A stretch of 64,000 bases of DNA from a candidate division WWE3 bacterium (lineage in GTDB: Bacteria > Patescibacteriota > WWE3 > JAPLWK01). Below, piece after piece: positions 47,786-57,651 of the stretch. The position numbers and the translations under genes were made by a program. Under the pieces are notes generated by a model. That model saw only the letters and a list, made by a program, of their open reading frames with translations, was not told the origin of the DNA and searched no databases. The stretch is taken from positions 9,096-73,095 of the forward strand of contig JAPLWK010000008.1 of the NCBI GenBank assembly GCA_026396615.1. Reading direction: 5' to 3'. Position 1 is the stretch's first letter. Each line of letters starts with the position of its first letter.

Positions 47786-48544
47786 TTAAAGTAACTTAAT
47801 TATTTTATTAACCAAATCCAATTCTACCTTCCGGTAATTTTCCGGCAGAAACTTGTCTAGATCCAAAAGAAGCGACTTTTCCGAAAAATTGGCCAGACGT
47901 TTTTGCAATTCTTCTTTAGAAATTGTTTCGTGGTAGTAGACTAACTTCCTTTCGACAAATTTCCAATCAATTGCTTCACCTCTTCCCAGTAAATACCACA
48001 AATCAAACAAATCCCGACCGCGACTACGATGCATAATAGCCCTAATTTTCTCAGCTACAATTTCCCTGGCACTCAAGTGTTTTATAATTGGAAGAGGTGA
48101 AACCGGCAAAGTTGTCGTGAGAACGCTGGTTTGCGGCTCTAAAGCGTTTTCCCGAGTTGAGAAATCTAATTTAAGAAAAAGTTGGGATGCCGAAAGTGGT
48201 AGATTAGAAAAAGTTAATCGAAAAGAAAAGTTTGGTTTTATAGTTTCTATTAATGCTAATTTTCCGGTGATATTTTCATCTACACAAAGCTTGCGAAGCG
48301 CCTCTGTAGCCAACTTCTGGATAACTTCTTGACTACCTCCGGTTGTAAAATCCAAATCTTCGGAGAATCTAAACGACCCAAAAACTAACTTGATGGCCGT
48401 CCCGCCTTTAAAAAAAGTGGTTTCACAATTCGGCTGCTCATAAAAATTCTTTAGGAAGACCACTTGAAGATACTCACGAAGTAGTGAATACTCGTCGATC
48501 TTTTTGGCCGCGGCCAATTGTTTTACTTCCAAGGCGGTAAGCAT
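47786..48544 (-). CDS. abiEii: AbiEii/DUF1814 nucleotidyltransferase toxin (type IV toxin-antitoxin / abortive infection)
   Basis: Family NTase motif FKGGTAIKLVFGSFRFSEDLDF. Confidence 0.75.
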   Translation of the reverse strand: MLTALEVKQLAAAKKIDEYSLLREYLQVVFLKNFYEQPNCETTFFKGGTAIKLVFGSFRFSEDLDFTTGGSQEVIQKLATEALRKLCVDENITGKLALIETIKPNFSFRLTFSNLPLSASQLFLKLDFSTRENALEPQTSVLTTTLPVSPLPIIKHLSAREIVAEKIRAIMHRSRGRDLFDLWYLLGRGEAIDWKFVERKLVYYHETISKEELQKRLANFSEKSLLLDLDKFLPENYRKVELDLVNKIIKLL

Positions 48545-49137
48545 AATTTCGGAAAGGCTTTGGCGTACTCACGGAGTTTAGCCAAATCAACGTGAGTTAG
48601 GTCAAGGTCTTTGTGATTAAGGTTGGTAAGGCCACGAGATTCAAAATACAGAGTATCCAAAAGAGCCTTCTCAGGCATGGCTATTAGAAACTCACCGGTT
48701 TTTTGGTAACCGAAGAAGAGTTTCTGTCCCAAATGAGAATATTTAATAATTTGGTTATCATAAGCAGTTTCGCGGCTTTTCTTGATAGTCGCCACTGTTA
48801 TAACTTGCGGATTTTGTGACAGTATTCCATAATAATTTAAAGCGGATTCGAAGGAAATGTAGCTGGGAGAAACTACAGCCGTTGCTACCGCGAATTTTTC
48901 AGGAGCTTTAAAACTGTTGGCGTAGAGGCCTTTGCGAATCGGCAGTAACCACCGATTCTTAACAAACCGATGTATTGCGGTGTTTTTAGAGTTAGCTGAC
49001 TTAAACCCTAAAGCGTTTTGCAAATCCTGACTCCCCAAAATGCTTTTAGTGGTACTTTGCAGAAATGAGATAAGTTGTTTGTTATAGATGGGTTCCATAT
49101 TATGTACAATAATGTACATTATCTGGGATCCTGTCAA
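48523..49137 (-). CDS. abiEi: AbiEi-family antitoxin/transcriptional regulator
   Basis: Lies upstream of AbiEii and overlaps it by 22 bp; size and winged-helix N-terminus fit AbiEi. Confidence 0.6.
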   Translation of the reverse strand: MTGSQIMYIIVHNMEPIYNKQLISFLQSTTKSILGSQDLQNALGFKSANSKNTAIHRFVKNRWLLPIRKGLYANSFKAPEKFAVATAVVSPSYISFESALNYYGILSQNPQVITVATIKKSRETAYDNQIIKYSHLGQKLFFGYQKTGEFLIAMPEKALLDTLYFESRGLTNLNHKDLDLTHVDLAKLREYAKAFPKLCLPPWK

Positions 49138-49224
49138 GCACTAAAAGGTTGCGCCGTGCTAAAATAGCTCCGGAGCCAGCATTTAATCGCGGGGTCAGAG
49201 CCGTCGTCTTCAGATTGAATTTTT

Positions 49225-49299
49225 GGGTGAGTAGCTTAATGGTAGAGCAGACGTCTTATACACGTCCGGTTCCAGGTTCGAATCCCGGCTCACCCACCA
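49225..49299 (+). tRNA. Candidate tRNA-Ile (anticodon UAU), CCA encoded
   Basis: GGGTGAGTAGCTTAATGGTAGAGCAGACGTCTTATACACGTCCGGTTCCAGGTTCGAATCCCGGCTCACCCACCA; perfect 5-bp anticodon stem GACGT/ACGTC, loop CTTATAC, A51:C63 mismatch in the T-stem. Confidence 0.7.
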
Positions 49300-49408
49300 A
49301 AATTCAATCGCTGCGAGCGCAGCGAGAAGTTACACGACTGGTCGGAGTTTTCAGTCCAGCTAAGTGCACCACTTAACAGTCACTAAAATAAATGTTAAAT
49401 TTAAGGTA

Positions 49409-51319
49409 ATGAAAAACGAAAATAAAAGAGATGACGAAGTCACCAGTATTACCCCGGAAACGATCAGGGAAGAACTCCCTAGTCATATCGAAGCCACGGT
49501 TAAGGCTGCTAAAGATCCTCAAGGTCAGGAAAAAGGCTTTGGTTTTGTAATAATTCCGGAAGGAAGTTTAACTGAGCATCCGGAAGTCTTAGGCGGCGCC
49601 AGAGTCGATGGGGCTACCCTAAGAAGTTGGGAAAGAAAGGGAGTGTTCGTCCATGCCTCGGCCATTTCGGGCCATTATCAACGGGAACCGCTTGAAGGTC
49701 TTGTAATTGTTCCCCAGAAAATTGGAATCAACCCTAGAAATGGAATGTATGCCGTTACTGAAGCTCAAACGGCTGAAGCATACAAAAGAGACGCTCAAGC
49801 CACCAGGATCCAAGCGCTCGCGGAACAACAGAAAAAGCAGGCTGAAGCCGCCAGAGAAAAGGCGGAGACCGAAAGGTCCCAGCAAATATTTGACCAACTA
49901 GTAGCAAAAGGACATCACTTAGATTCGGAATCACTTTGGGGAATCGCCAAAAGTTACGCTAGGTTTTATTACGCCAATGATGGTCGCTACCAGCAAGGAG
50001 ATTTACAGGAACAGTTAGCCCAAGCTGAAATCTCCGCGACCACAGCCGTCAAGAGGCAAAAATATGAAGAGGCTTTACCAGGAATCAGAGCCTGGGCTCA
50101 AGAGGAGGCCACTAAATGCGGCGGGGTGGTTGAAGAAGTTGACTGGCCTAAAGAAATTCGAATAGTGCTTAAAGAGGAACCCAAGGAGTATCAACAAGCC
50201 TCAGCGGCCTACGGGCGAGCCGCGGAAGTTGATAAATGGTTAGCCCAACAAAAATTGGTGCCGGTTCTCCCTAAGACCGATGACAACACTAACTACGCTG
50301 GCCGGTTTACCGGGGGTAGGGTGACTGTACACTCATGGTACAGCCCCGGAGATATGTACAGTAACCGCGGCGGCTCTTCTAGCGTTTCTTACGAAGTTGT
50401 CCCGCCTACCGATCAACCGGTAGCGGAAGTGGTAATTTGGAATCGACGTCTTGACGGAGTGACCGTCGATCGGTTAGCTGAATCTGCAGACCTTCGCGCT
50501 AATTTTCCACAAATTCTTAACAAATGGACGGAAGCCGCAGAGCTTGCCGAAGCCTACCAAAGGACTATCGAGTTAAAAGAAGCACAGGAGGCCGAAGCCA
50601 AGAAGCAAGCCGCTGAATATATAGAGTGGTTAACTAATAAAGTCTATCCGCCGATTGCCGATAAGGTGGATGTCACTCAAGAAAAAGAATGGCTCGGCCT
50701 GCCCGTGATTACGAAGTCTTGGTACGACCATTCAGATGTAACCATTAGATCAGTGCTGGTTAGATCCTGCGAGGTTGATATTCCCGGATTTGGCGCTTTG
50801 GATCTAATTCGCCATGGTTACTGGCCCGATGATGTCCGGCCTGCGGCGGCGTATCTTAAGGAGCAGTGGGATAGGCAGCAGCCGGAAGAGGCGGTGGTTG
50901 CAAACGAAACTAAAGACGAAGCTCTCACCAGATTAATAGGATTTGCTTTCAAGGAGGAGAATTTACCAACCATCCCTGGAATGGACTGGAAAATTAGCGG
51001 AGCTCTCCATCAAGCCCAAGCCTTTGCCGATGCTCAAAAAGAAACTTTAGCTCCGGCAATTCCAAAAGTTCCAGGAGAATGGGACCAAAAACACGAGCAG
51101 TACTATACTCACGATTTGGTGTTATCAGGTCGCGGATTACCGGATACAGTCATTTCCTCAATCTACTTTAGAGCCGGTCGACGTGGTAATGGGTACTTGG
51201 CCGAAGTCGAAGGCTCACCAAATTACCGAGTGGACGATTTATTTAAGGCGCATCCTGAGCTTGACCCCCGTCAAATCAGAGCCACCTGGAAAGTCGTGGA
51301 ACCACCCAAAACCTCTTGA
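49409..51319 (+). CDS. Large hypothetical protein (636 aa) with an N-terminal cold-shock (OB-fold) domain
   Basis: CSD-like KGFGFVIIPEG...GVFVHASAI, then an Ala/Gln/Glu-rich coiled-coil segment and a C-terminal region of unknown fold; about 50% GC. Confidence 0.5.
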   Translation: MKNENKRDDEVTSITPETIREELPSHIEATVKAAKDPQGQEKGFGFVIIPEGSLTEHPEVLGGARVDGATLRSWERKGVFVHASAISGHYQREPLEGLVIVPQKIGINPRNGMYAVTEAQTAEAYKRDAQATRIQALAEQQKKQAEAAREKAETERSQQIFDQLVAKGHHLDSESLWGIAKSYARFYYANDGRYQQGDLQEQLAQAEISATTAVKRQKYEEALPGIRAWAQEEATKCGGVVEEVDWPKEIRIVLKEEPKEYQQASAAYGRAAEVDKWLAQQKLVPVLPKTDDNTNYAGRFTGGRVTVHSWYSPGDMYSNRGGSSSVSYEVVPPTDQPVAEVVIWNRRLDGVTVDRLAESADLRANFPQILNKWTEAAELAEAYQRTIELKEAQEAEAKKQAAEYIEWLTNKVYPPIADKVDVTQEKEWLGLPVITKSWYDHSDVTIRSVLVRSCEVDIPGFGALDLIRHGYWPDDVRPAAAYLKEQWDRQQPEEAVVANETKDEALTRLIGFAFKEENLPTIPGMDWKISGALHQAQAFADAQKETLAPAIPKVPGEWDQKHEQYYTHDLVLSGRGLPDTVISSIYFRAGRRGNGYLAEVEGSPNYRVDDLFKAHPELDPRQIRATWKVVEPPKTS

Positions 51320-51443
51320 CAAACTCTTAGTCCTGTAGTATAATAATGAGTGATCAAGTCTCTTAACCACTGAAACGAGCGAACCCTAATATTCAACATC
51401 CTCTCAGCCCAACCTCATCAAAATGTTATATAATCACTAAGTT

Positions 51444-53282
51444 ATGCCAAATGGAAATCAAAATCCACAGTCAAACGTCAAAGCTCCCAAAAAGAAAAAC
51501 TTTTGGGACAATATTTTCTTTTATCTGTTAATAATTGCCATCGGTTGGGCGTTAATAAGTGCTTTCGGAAACAGTAGCAAAAGCGACGTCACTAAACCCT
51601 TTTCCAATGTTATTGGCCTTGCGCTCCAAGGGAAGGTTAGAGGCATCGAAGTGGCTGGCGACACAGTCACAGTGACCCTTAAGGACAGTTCCAAGTTTGA
51701 TGCCACTAAAGAAAGCAACGTTTCCGTTTTGGAAACCCTGCAGCGAAGCAACGTTGACCTAAATAATATTCCTGATGGCGTGACTACTAAAACAAACCTC
51801 CCCATCCTCGACCTTCTCCTAAATTTTGGCCCAATAATACTAATGGGCGCTCTACTCTTTTTCTTCTTCCGCCGAGCTCAGGGCGGGGCTTCCGACATTT
51901 TGTCGTTTGGTCGCAGCAAAGCTAAATTATTTATTAAAGATGCTAATAAAGAAGTTAAAGGCGTCACTTTTGGCGATGTGGCTGGCTCAACAGAAGCCAA
52001 ACGAGAACTTACCGAAGTAGTCGACTTTTTAAAATTCCCCGAAAAATATCGCAAACTGGGAGCCCGCATTCCTAAAGGGGTTCTATTAATTGGGCCACCC
52101 GGGGTTGGGAAGACAATGCTGGCCAAAGCTGTCGCCAACGAGGCCGGTGTCCCCTTCTTTAGCATGGCCGGCAGTGAATTTATGGAAATGCTCGTTGGCG
52201 TTGGCGCGAGTCGCGTTCGCGATTTGTTTGACACTGCCAAGAAGGCTCAGCCCAGTTTAATTTTCATTGACGAAGTGGAATCTATTGGTAAGCAGCGGGG
52301 TGGCGGGATGATGGGCGGTCATGATGAACGAGAGCAGACCCTTAATCAGATTTTGGTGGAAATGGATGGCTTTGACACCCGCACGAACGTGATCGTGATT
52401 GCGGCGACGAACCGACCGGATATGCTTGATAGTGCCCTGCTGAGACCCGGAAGGTTTGACCGAACAGTAACACTGGAGTTACCAGACTTAAAAGAGCGCG
52501 AGGAAATTATTAAAATTCACATGCGCGGTAAACCTTTTACAGGCAATGTTTCCGTGGAACACGTGGCCCAGCAAACCAGCGGTTTTAGCGGAGCAGATCT
52601 AGAAAATATGCTTAATGAAGCCGCCATTTTAGCCGCCCGCAATGATAAAAAAGAAATTGATGATCGTGATTTAACGGAAGCTTCCCTAAAAGTTAAATTA
52701 GGCCCCGAAAGGCGCCGCTTGCAAAGCGATGAGGATAAAAAAGTAATTGCTTACCATGAAGCCGGGCACGCTTTGGTGTCTTCCCAAATTCCGGGCTTGG
52801 ATCCGGTGACGAGAGTGTCGATTGTGGCCCGCGGCATGGCCCTGGGCTTTACTCAAAGTGCGCCTCTTTCTGATCGCCGTAACGAAAGCAAGACTCGACT
52901 CTTAGGAATGATTACCTCTGCTCTTGGTGGCAGAAGTGCCGAAGAATTAGTCTTTGGTGAAGTAACGACTGGAGCGTCTAACGATATTGAAGTGGCCACA
53001 GCGTTAGCGCGAAGAATGGTTACCGAGTTTGGAATGAGCGAACTCGGGCCTGTCTCTTTTGATAATTCAAATGAGAAGATGCTCTTCCCATTTGGTGATT
53101 CTGCGATGTCGGAAGAAACTAAAAGTAAAGTCGACAAAGCTGTTAAAAAAATCGTCGACGATGCCCACGAAAGAGCTTTAGAATTATTAACCACACATCG
53201 CGAAAAGCTCGACAAAATCGTGGCCGGTTTAGTAGAAAAAGAGACTTTGGAAGCAGAAGACTTTAAAGTGTTGATTGGATAA
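51444..53282 (+). CDS. ftsH: ATP-dependent zinc metalloprotease FtsH
   Basis: Walker [12 protein letters not shown] region, zinc site HEAGHA. Confidence 0.9.
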   Translation: MPNGNQNPQSNVKAPKKKNFWDNIFFYLLIIAIGWALISAFGNSSKSDVTKPFSNVIGLALQGKVRGIEVAGDTVTVTLKDSSKFDATKESNVSVLETLQRSNVDLNNIPDGVTTKTNLPILDLLLNFGPIILMGALLFFFFRRAQGGASDILSFGRSKAKLFIKDANKEVKGVTFGDVAGSTEAKRELTEVVDFLKFPEKYRKLGARIPKGVLLIGPPGVGKTMLAKAVANEAGVPFFSMAGSEFMEMLVGVGASRVRDLFDTAKKAQPSLIFIDEVESIGKQRGGGMMGGHDEREQTLNQILVEMDGFDTRTNVIVIAATNRPDMLDSALLRPGRFDRTVTLELPDLKEREEIIKIHMRGKPFTGNVSVEHVAQQTSGFSGADLENMLNEAAILAARNDKKEIDDRDLTEASLKVKLGPERRRLQSDEDKKVIAYHEAGHALVSSQIPGLDPVTRVSIVARGMALGFTQSAPLSDRRNESKTRLLGMITSALGGRSAEELVFGEVTTGASNDIEVATALARRMVTEFGMSELGPVSFDNSNEKMLFPFGDSAMSEETKSKVDKAVKKIVDDAHERALELLTTHREKLDKIVAGLVEKETLEAEDFKVLIG

Positions 53283-53291
53283 AGGAAACAT

Positions 53292-53425
53292 GTCATTCCG
53301 GGCTTGACCCGGAATCCAGTAACGGATTAAAATTTTTAATTTAAAATTTTTAATCAAACATTAATTTTTAATGAATTAATTCATTAATTATTGATTGAAA
53401 ATTAAAAATTGGTAATTAAAAAATT
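53292..53425. repeat. Half MITE: left hairpin repeat plus AT-rich core, no right repeat; it abuts the start codon of the exonuclease gene
   Basis: GTCATTCCGGGCTTGACCCGGAATCCAGTAAC followed by ATTAATTATTGATTGAAAATTAAAAATT, similar to the 22650-22730 core. Confidence 0.7.
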
Positions 53426-54358
53426 ATGTCTACCTTACTAATCTTAGATACATTTAATTTCCTACACCGCGCCTTTCACGCCATTCCCGCGACTTTAACT
53501 AATAGTGACGGTGAACCGATTAATGCCGTTTACGGAGTGGCCTCGATGCTCCTTACTATCATTGCGGATCAGCAGCCCACATATTTAGTGGCCGCCATGG
53601 AAAGCAAAGAAAAAGAAATTATTCGGGCTAGTCAATTTGTGGGTTATAAAGCCACTAGGCCAGAAATGGACTCGGGGCTGCGAAACCAAATCCCTAAAGT
53701 CGAGCGTCTTTTTTCCGCCATTGGTATCCCCCAACTTAAAGTGGAAGGTTATGAAGCCGACGACGTCATCGGCACTTTAGCCACCCAAATGATTAAAGTA
53801 GATCCCACCTTACAAGTTTTAGTGGTTAGTAATGATCAAGATATGATGCAGCTCATCAATCCTCGCGTCAAAGTTCTCTCACCCACTTTAGGCTCGGCCA
53901 AAAAGCCAGAGCTCTACGACGAAGCAACCATGATTGCTAAATACGGTTTTAAGCCGCGGCAGATGATTGACTATAAATCCCTGCGCGGCGATCCGTCAGA
54001 CAATATTCCCGGCGTTTTTGGCATTGGCGAAAAAACGGCTAAAGAATTAATCGAACAATTTGGAAATTTAGATGCGATTTATAATAATTTAGGAAAAGTG
54101 ACGAAGGAAAGTGTTCGCACGAAGTTGGCCGAAAATGCCGAAATGGCCGTGCAAAGTAAAATGCTAGCCACCATTAATTGTGATTTACCACTGTCAGAAA
54201 AGCTAGCCGATTTAAAACTCCCTAGTGATTGGAAAATAAAGGCAATAGATGTACTAAAAGAATTTCACTTTAAATCTCTCGTCGCCCGCCTCGAAGGTCC
54301 CGTGACAGCATCAAAAACCAAAGTCGACCCCGACTCTCCGCAACTAGGTTTACTGTAA
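53426..54358 (+). CDS. 5'-3' exonuclease (stand-alone Pol I N-terminal FEN-like nuclease)
   Basis: LILDTFNFLHRAFHA start, H3TH region GIPGVFGIGEKTA. Confidence 0.75.
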   Translation: MSTLLILDTFNFLHRAFHAIPATLTNSDGEPINAVYGVASMLLTIIADQQPTYLVAAMESKEKEIIRASQFVGYKATRPEMDSGLRNQIPKVERLFSAIGIPQLKVEGYEADDVIGTLATQMIKVDPTLQVLVVSNDQDMMQLINPRVKVLSPTLGSAKKPELYDEATMIAKYGFKPRQMIDYKSLRGDPSDNIPGVFGIGEKTAKELIEQFGNLDAIYNNLGKVTKESVRTKLAENAEMAVQSKMLATINCDLPLSEKLADLKLPSDWKIKAIDVLKEFHFKSLVARLEGPVTASKTKVDPDSPQLGLL

Positions 54359-54411
54359 AAACAAAAAAACCGACACCCTGTTGTTTAAAAACAAAGTGTC
54401 GGCCGGAGAAG

Positions 54412-54756
54412 CTACACTCGAAGTGCTTCAACCAAGAGATTGATTATCTCGTGAAGCTGCGCCTCCAAGAAAACGTGAACAGCAAAGACATCAGCCCGTA
54501 GGAGGTTGTCGTTGTTCTTCACAGCACAGTTAATCAGAACCGCCCATCTCCCACCAACCGTTCTCATCGGACTCACCTGATGAAAAACCGGCCCGAGTAC
54601 TTTATGAAACCAAGTGTCAGTTGGGTAACCGGTGACCGGAATCTTGGGCTCAAAAAGCATCGTCACTTCTACGAAGCCGTTAATATTACCAACAACTCCC
54701 ACAAACGTCAGGTCGCCCATAGCATCATGTAGTATGGGGTTACGATCTTTATCCAT
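54412..54756 (-). CDS. Hypothetical protein (114 aa)
   Basis: ORF only. Confidence 0.3.
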   Translation of the reverse strand: MDKDRNPILHDAMGDLTFVGVVGNINGFVEVTMLFEPKIPVTGYPTDTWFHKVLGPVFHQVSPMRTVGGRWAVLINCAVKNNDNLLRADVFAVHVFLEAQLHEIINLLVEALRV

Positions 54757-54909
54757 ATTTAAATCTCCTTATCTAATTGCGAGTCTTTATAAACAGGGCG
54801 ATGGTAGCATGCGCAAGCGTTTACAGCAACCATCCTTAATGCTAAGATTCAAGGCGGAAAGATACATTAAGCTCGTTGACAACTACTGTGAATTATCTAA
54901 AATGAAGTA

Positions 54910-55221
54910 ATGCCGAAAGAAACACGAAAGTATTCCGATCGCCCCGAGTACATGACGATGGCCGTAACGCGCCGGCGTCGGAGGCTTAAAGAGATGGCAG
55001 TAGGTTTAAAAGGCGGCTGTTGTCATTTTTGTGGATATAATAAATACATCGGAGCTTTAGACCTTCATCATATTAATGAAAGTGAAAAGAGTTTCGGTCT
55101 TTCATCTCGAGGCCTAACTCGTGGTTGGGAAAAGGTGAAATTAGAACTTACTAAGTGTGTTCTGGTTTGCGCTAATTGTCATAGAGAAATTCATGGTGGT
55201 TTATTAAAAATTGAATATTAA
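54910..55221 (+). CDS. HNH endonuclease
   Basis: CHFCGYNKY...LDLHHINE...CANCHREIH (HNH Zn-finger). Confidence 0.75.
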   Translation: MPKETRKYSDRPEYMTMAVTRRRRRLKEMAVGLKGGCCHFCGYNKYIGALDLHHINESEKSFGLSSRGLTRGWEKVKLELTKCVLVCANCHREIHGGLLKIEY

Positions 55222-55225
55222 ATGT

Positions 55226-55300
55226 TCCTCCCTGGCGCAATGGTAGCGCGGCGCCCTGTTAAGGCGATGGTTGGTGGTTCGAATCCACCGGGAGGAGCCA
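55226..55300 (+). tRNA. tRNA-Asn (anticodon GUU), CCA encoded
   Basis: TCCTCCCTGGCGCAATGGTAGCGCGGCGCCCTGTTAAGGCGATGGTTGGTGGTTCGAATCCACCGGGAGGAGCCA. Confidence 0.85.
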
Positions 55301-55695
55301 AAGTTTACGAGAGGCGTAAAAAGCAATCTTATCAAAGGGTTTTACCCAGTCGTAGCTTACTTTCTTGCCCGTAAGCGTTAAGTTCTGAAGTGCCATTTTC
55401 AAAAGCAGTCGTTTTTCTAGCGGTTCAGAACTTTCAAAGATTTTGCTGGCGTTAGAAGCCAGTTTTAGCAAGTAATCAGAGGTAATATAGTACTCTTCGT
55501 CAGCGACCCGCAGCTTGCCCATTTTGGTCTCAATACCCTTCTGTTTTTCCCTAAACTCTTTTCTCTTTTTCTCATAGTAGCTCTCAGTAATCCACCATCA
55601 CTACTATAAAGCCCTTTTGTGGACGGGCTAAACTTGTCGTGGTCCAGTATTGTAAACATTCCTGGTTTAAGTGTTAGCACAATAGTGTCTATCAT
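55259..55695 (-). pseudogene. Frameshifted gene remnant (two overlapping ORFs of 76 and 87 aa in different frames) next to tRNA-Asn
   Basis: ORFs 55465..55695 and 55259..55522 overlap in different frames; no recognisable domain. Confidence 0.4.
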
Positions 55696-55963
55696 TTTGG
55701 TTTTTCATTACTTCTTCGTAACGCTTTACAACTTCGTCCTCTGCAAATTCCGCAAAACCTTTGTTTAAGGGATAGAAAATGTTTAAGTTCCTCTCGGCCA
55801 CTTTTTTCGTTGGGTAAATTAGCCTGTACCCGCCACTTGGCCTGGTCATAATGCCGATTGAGCCAAGATAAAGGTTGTTGTCCAGCACAAAACTGGCAAA
55901 GGCTACCAGCCCGTTCTGCGGTTTTATGGGTATTATTTGGACCTCAGTTAGTCGGTTTTCCAT
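55667..55963 (-). CDS. spoVG: SpoVG-family protein
   Basis: MENRLTEVQIIPIKPQNGLVAFASFVLDNNLYLGSIGIMTRPSGGYRLIYP matches the SpoVG fold signature. Confidence 0.7.
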   Translation of the reverse strand: MENRLTEVQIIPIKPQNGLVAFASFVLDNNLYLGSIGIMTRPSGGYRLIYPTKKVAERNLNIFYPLNKGFAEFAEDEVVKRYEEVMKNQNDRHYCANT

Positions 55964-56172
55964 AGGTTTTCGTAACATTTACCCTGCGGTCAATTTCCAT
56001 TAGGACCGAGAAGAAGTCAGTTAAATGCCTCTTTTCTTCGGTCGTTAAAATTAACCTGTTGGGCTGTAGTTGCTGGTTATTTAATTCTGAAACGACCTTG
56101 CTTATTTCCATTAAGCAAAGTCTAGAAAATGGTGTGCTAGCTTTAAGTAGCTAGTAATTAGCTAAAAACTAG

Positions 56173-57552
56173 CTAGATGTACTTGGGGTTAATGTGGACT
56201 GTGTTCTGGGTATAATCCAAAAAGTCGTTTATGCCAGTTTTCTGTGCGATAGCTTTGGCCAAGCCGTCGCAAGCAGGGTAAAACTTTTTCCTACATTTTT
56301 GTAAAACAACCTCATCGTCAGTGCCTTCAATTTGCTGGACGACCTCATCCCAACTCCAATCTTTCTTCTTGTTTTGAGGGCTTTTCATCAATAAAGCAAT
56401 TAAATTGGTTCTAAACCTATCCTTTTGTAGCTTTAATTCTCGCTCTTGTATGTGCAGGGTGCTAGTTTTGTCGTTATAGCTGGAAGTGAGTGGCTTCTGA
56501 GCCTCAGATGGTTTTGTAACCGTTGGCAATACTGGCTCTATGGACCCTCGTTTTTGTTCAACTAATTTTGCTGTTTCCCAAGTATCCAAGAAATTATTTA
56601 CATCTACCTGAACTTCTGCATCAACCGAGTTTTTACTGTGGGAGTAATCTTTAATCACACCAATTTTCTGAAGATAATTTAGTGCTGTGAGGTACCAATC
56701 AGCCAACTCATCAATATCGTGACTGTCGTAGCCTTCAATCTCGTTTAGCGAGCGTATAAATGGTAAGTTGAGTGTGCTTGATTGGCTAAGTTGTAATTGG
56801 TCATCAATTTGAGCTAGAACCGAATAAATTTGACCGAAATTGGTTGCTGACAGGTTCTCAATCTTCCCTTTCTGCTTTATTTGATACCCTTCGTACCAGG
56901 TATCAAAGCCGTCAAGAACATCAATATAGAAGAGGCTGGGGTTAATTGGTTGTTCGCTGAGAGGTAAAAGCCTATTAGTTATCTGACGGACCTTAATAAT
57001 TTTCTCATCTTGCAGTTGTAGCAGGATGTTACGGATTTCCTCGTTGTCCAAGTAATTCAACCCACTATTTGCATTTGTGTGTAGTGTTGTTGGTTGGTCC
57101 TTGCGGGTGGCCTTTCTGGCCTCAATAATGGCTTTGACAATGCGTCCTAGCTTCTCTTCATAAGGCATTAGAGTGCTACTACCCAGCTTTTCAGGGCTAG
57201 TTACTGGTTTTTTGCCTGTAAATCTTTGATATTCTGGCTCTTGTTGGATTTTTAGAAAGTAGCGGTCAAAAGCGGGGAGAAGTTGAAGATGCCAGCAACC
57301 GTCGTCAGCGTGGTCATAAGGGTCAAACTCGTCAAGGTACGACTTTATCCTCGTGGGAACTTTTAGGACCTTTAAGACCTTCTCGTCTTTTTCTAATTTG
57401 GTTAACAATTGCGGTAGCTCAGTACCGCTATAATTTTGGTACAGGCCTTTAGAAGGGTCTAGCAGGGCTGGTTGGCCAGAAGGGGCAATAACCCTTGCGT
57501 CCTCAATTCTATTTAAGAGTAAATATAGCTTTTCTTTGCCGTTCATAATCAA
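56173..57552 (-). CDS. Hypothetical protein (459 aa)
   Basis: ORF only; no motif recognised. Confidence 0.4.
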   Translation of the reverse strand: MIMNGKEKLYLLLNRIEDARVIAPSGQPALLDPSKGLYQNYSGTELPQLLTKLEKDEKVLKVLKVPTRIKSYLDEFDPYDHADDGCWHLQLLPAFDRYFLKIQQEPEYQRFTGKKPVTSPEKLGSSTLMPYEEKLGRIVKAIIEARKATRKDQPTTLHTNANSGLNYLDNEEIRNILLQLQDEKIIKVRQITNRLLPLSEQPINPSLFYIDVLDGFDTWYEGYQIKQKGKIENLSATNFGQIYSVLAQIDDQLQLSQSSTLNLPFIRSLNEIEGYDSHDIDELADWYLTALNYLQKIGVIKDYSHSKNSVDAEVQVDVNNFLDTWETAKLVEQKRGSIEPVLPTVTKPSEAQKPLTSSYNDKTSTLHIQERELKLQKDRFRTNLIALLMKSPQNKKKDWSWDEVVQQIEGTDDEVVLQKCRKKFYPACDGLAKAIAQKTGINDFLDYTQNTVHINPKYI

Positions 57553-57651
57553 TCATTACTTTTTCAAGAATTACGCTGTTATTTACCTATTTTATCACTG
57601 CTTTACATTGGCCACTATATTTTGGTATCATTTGATAAGTGAAATGTCCTT

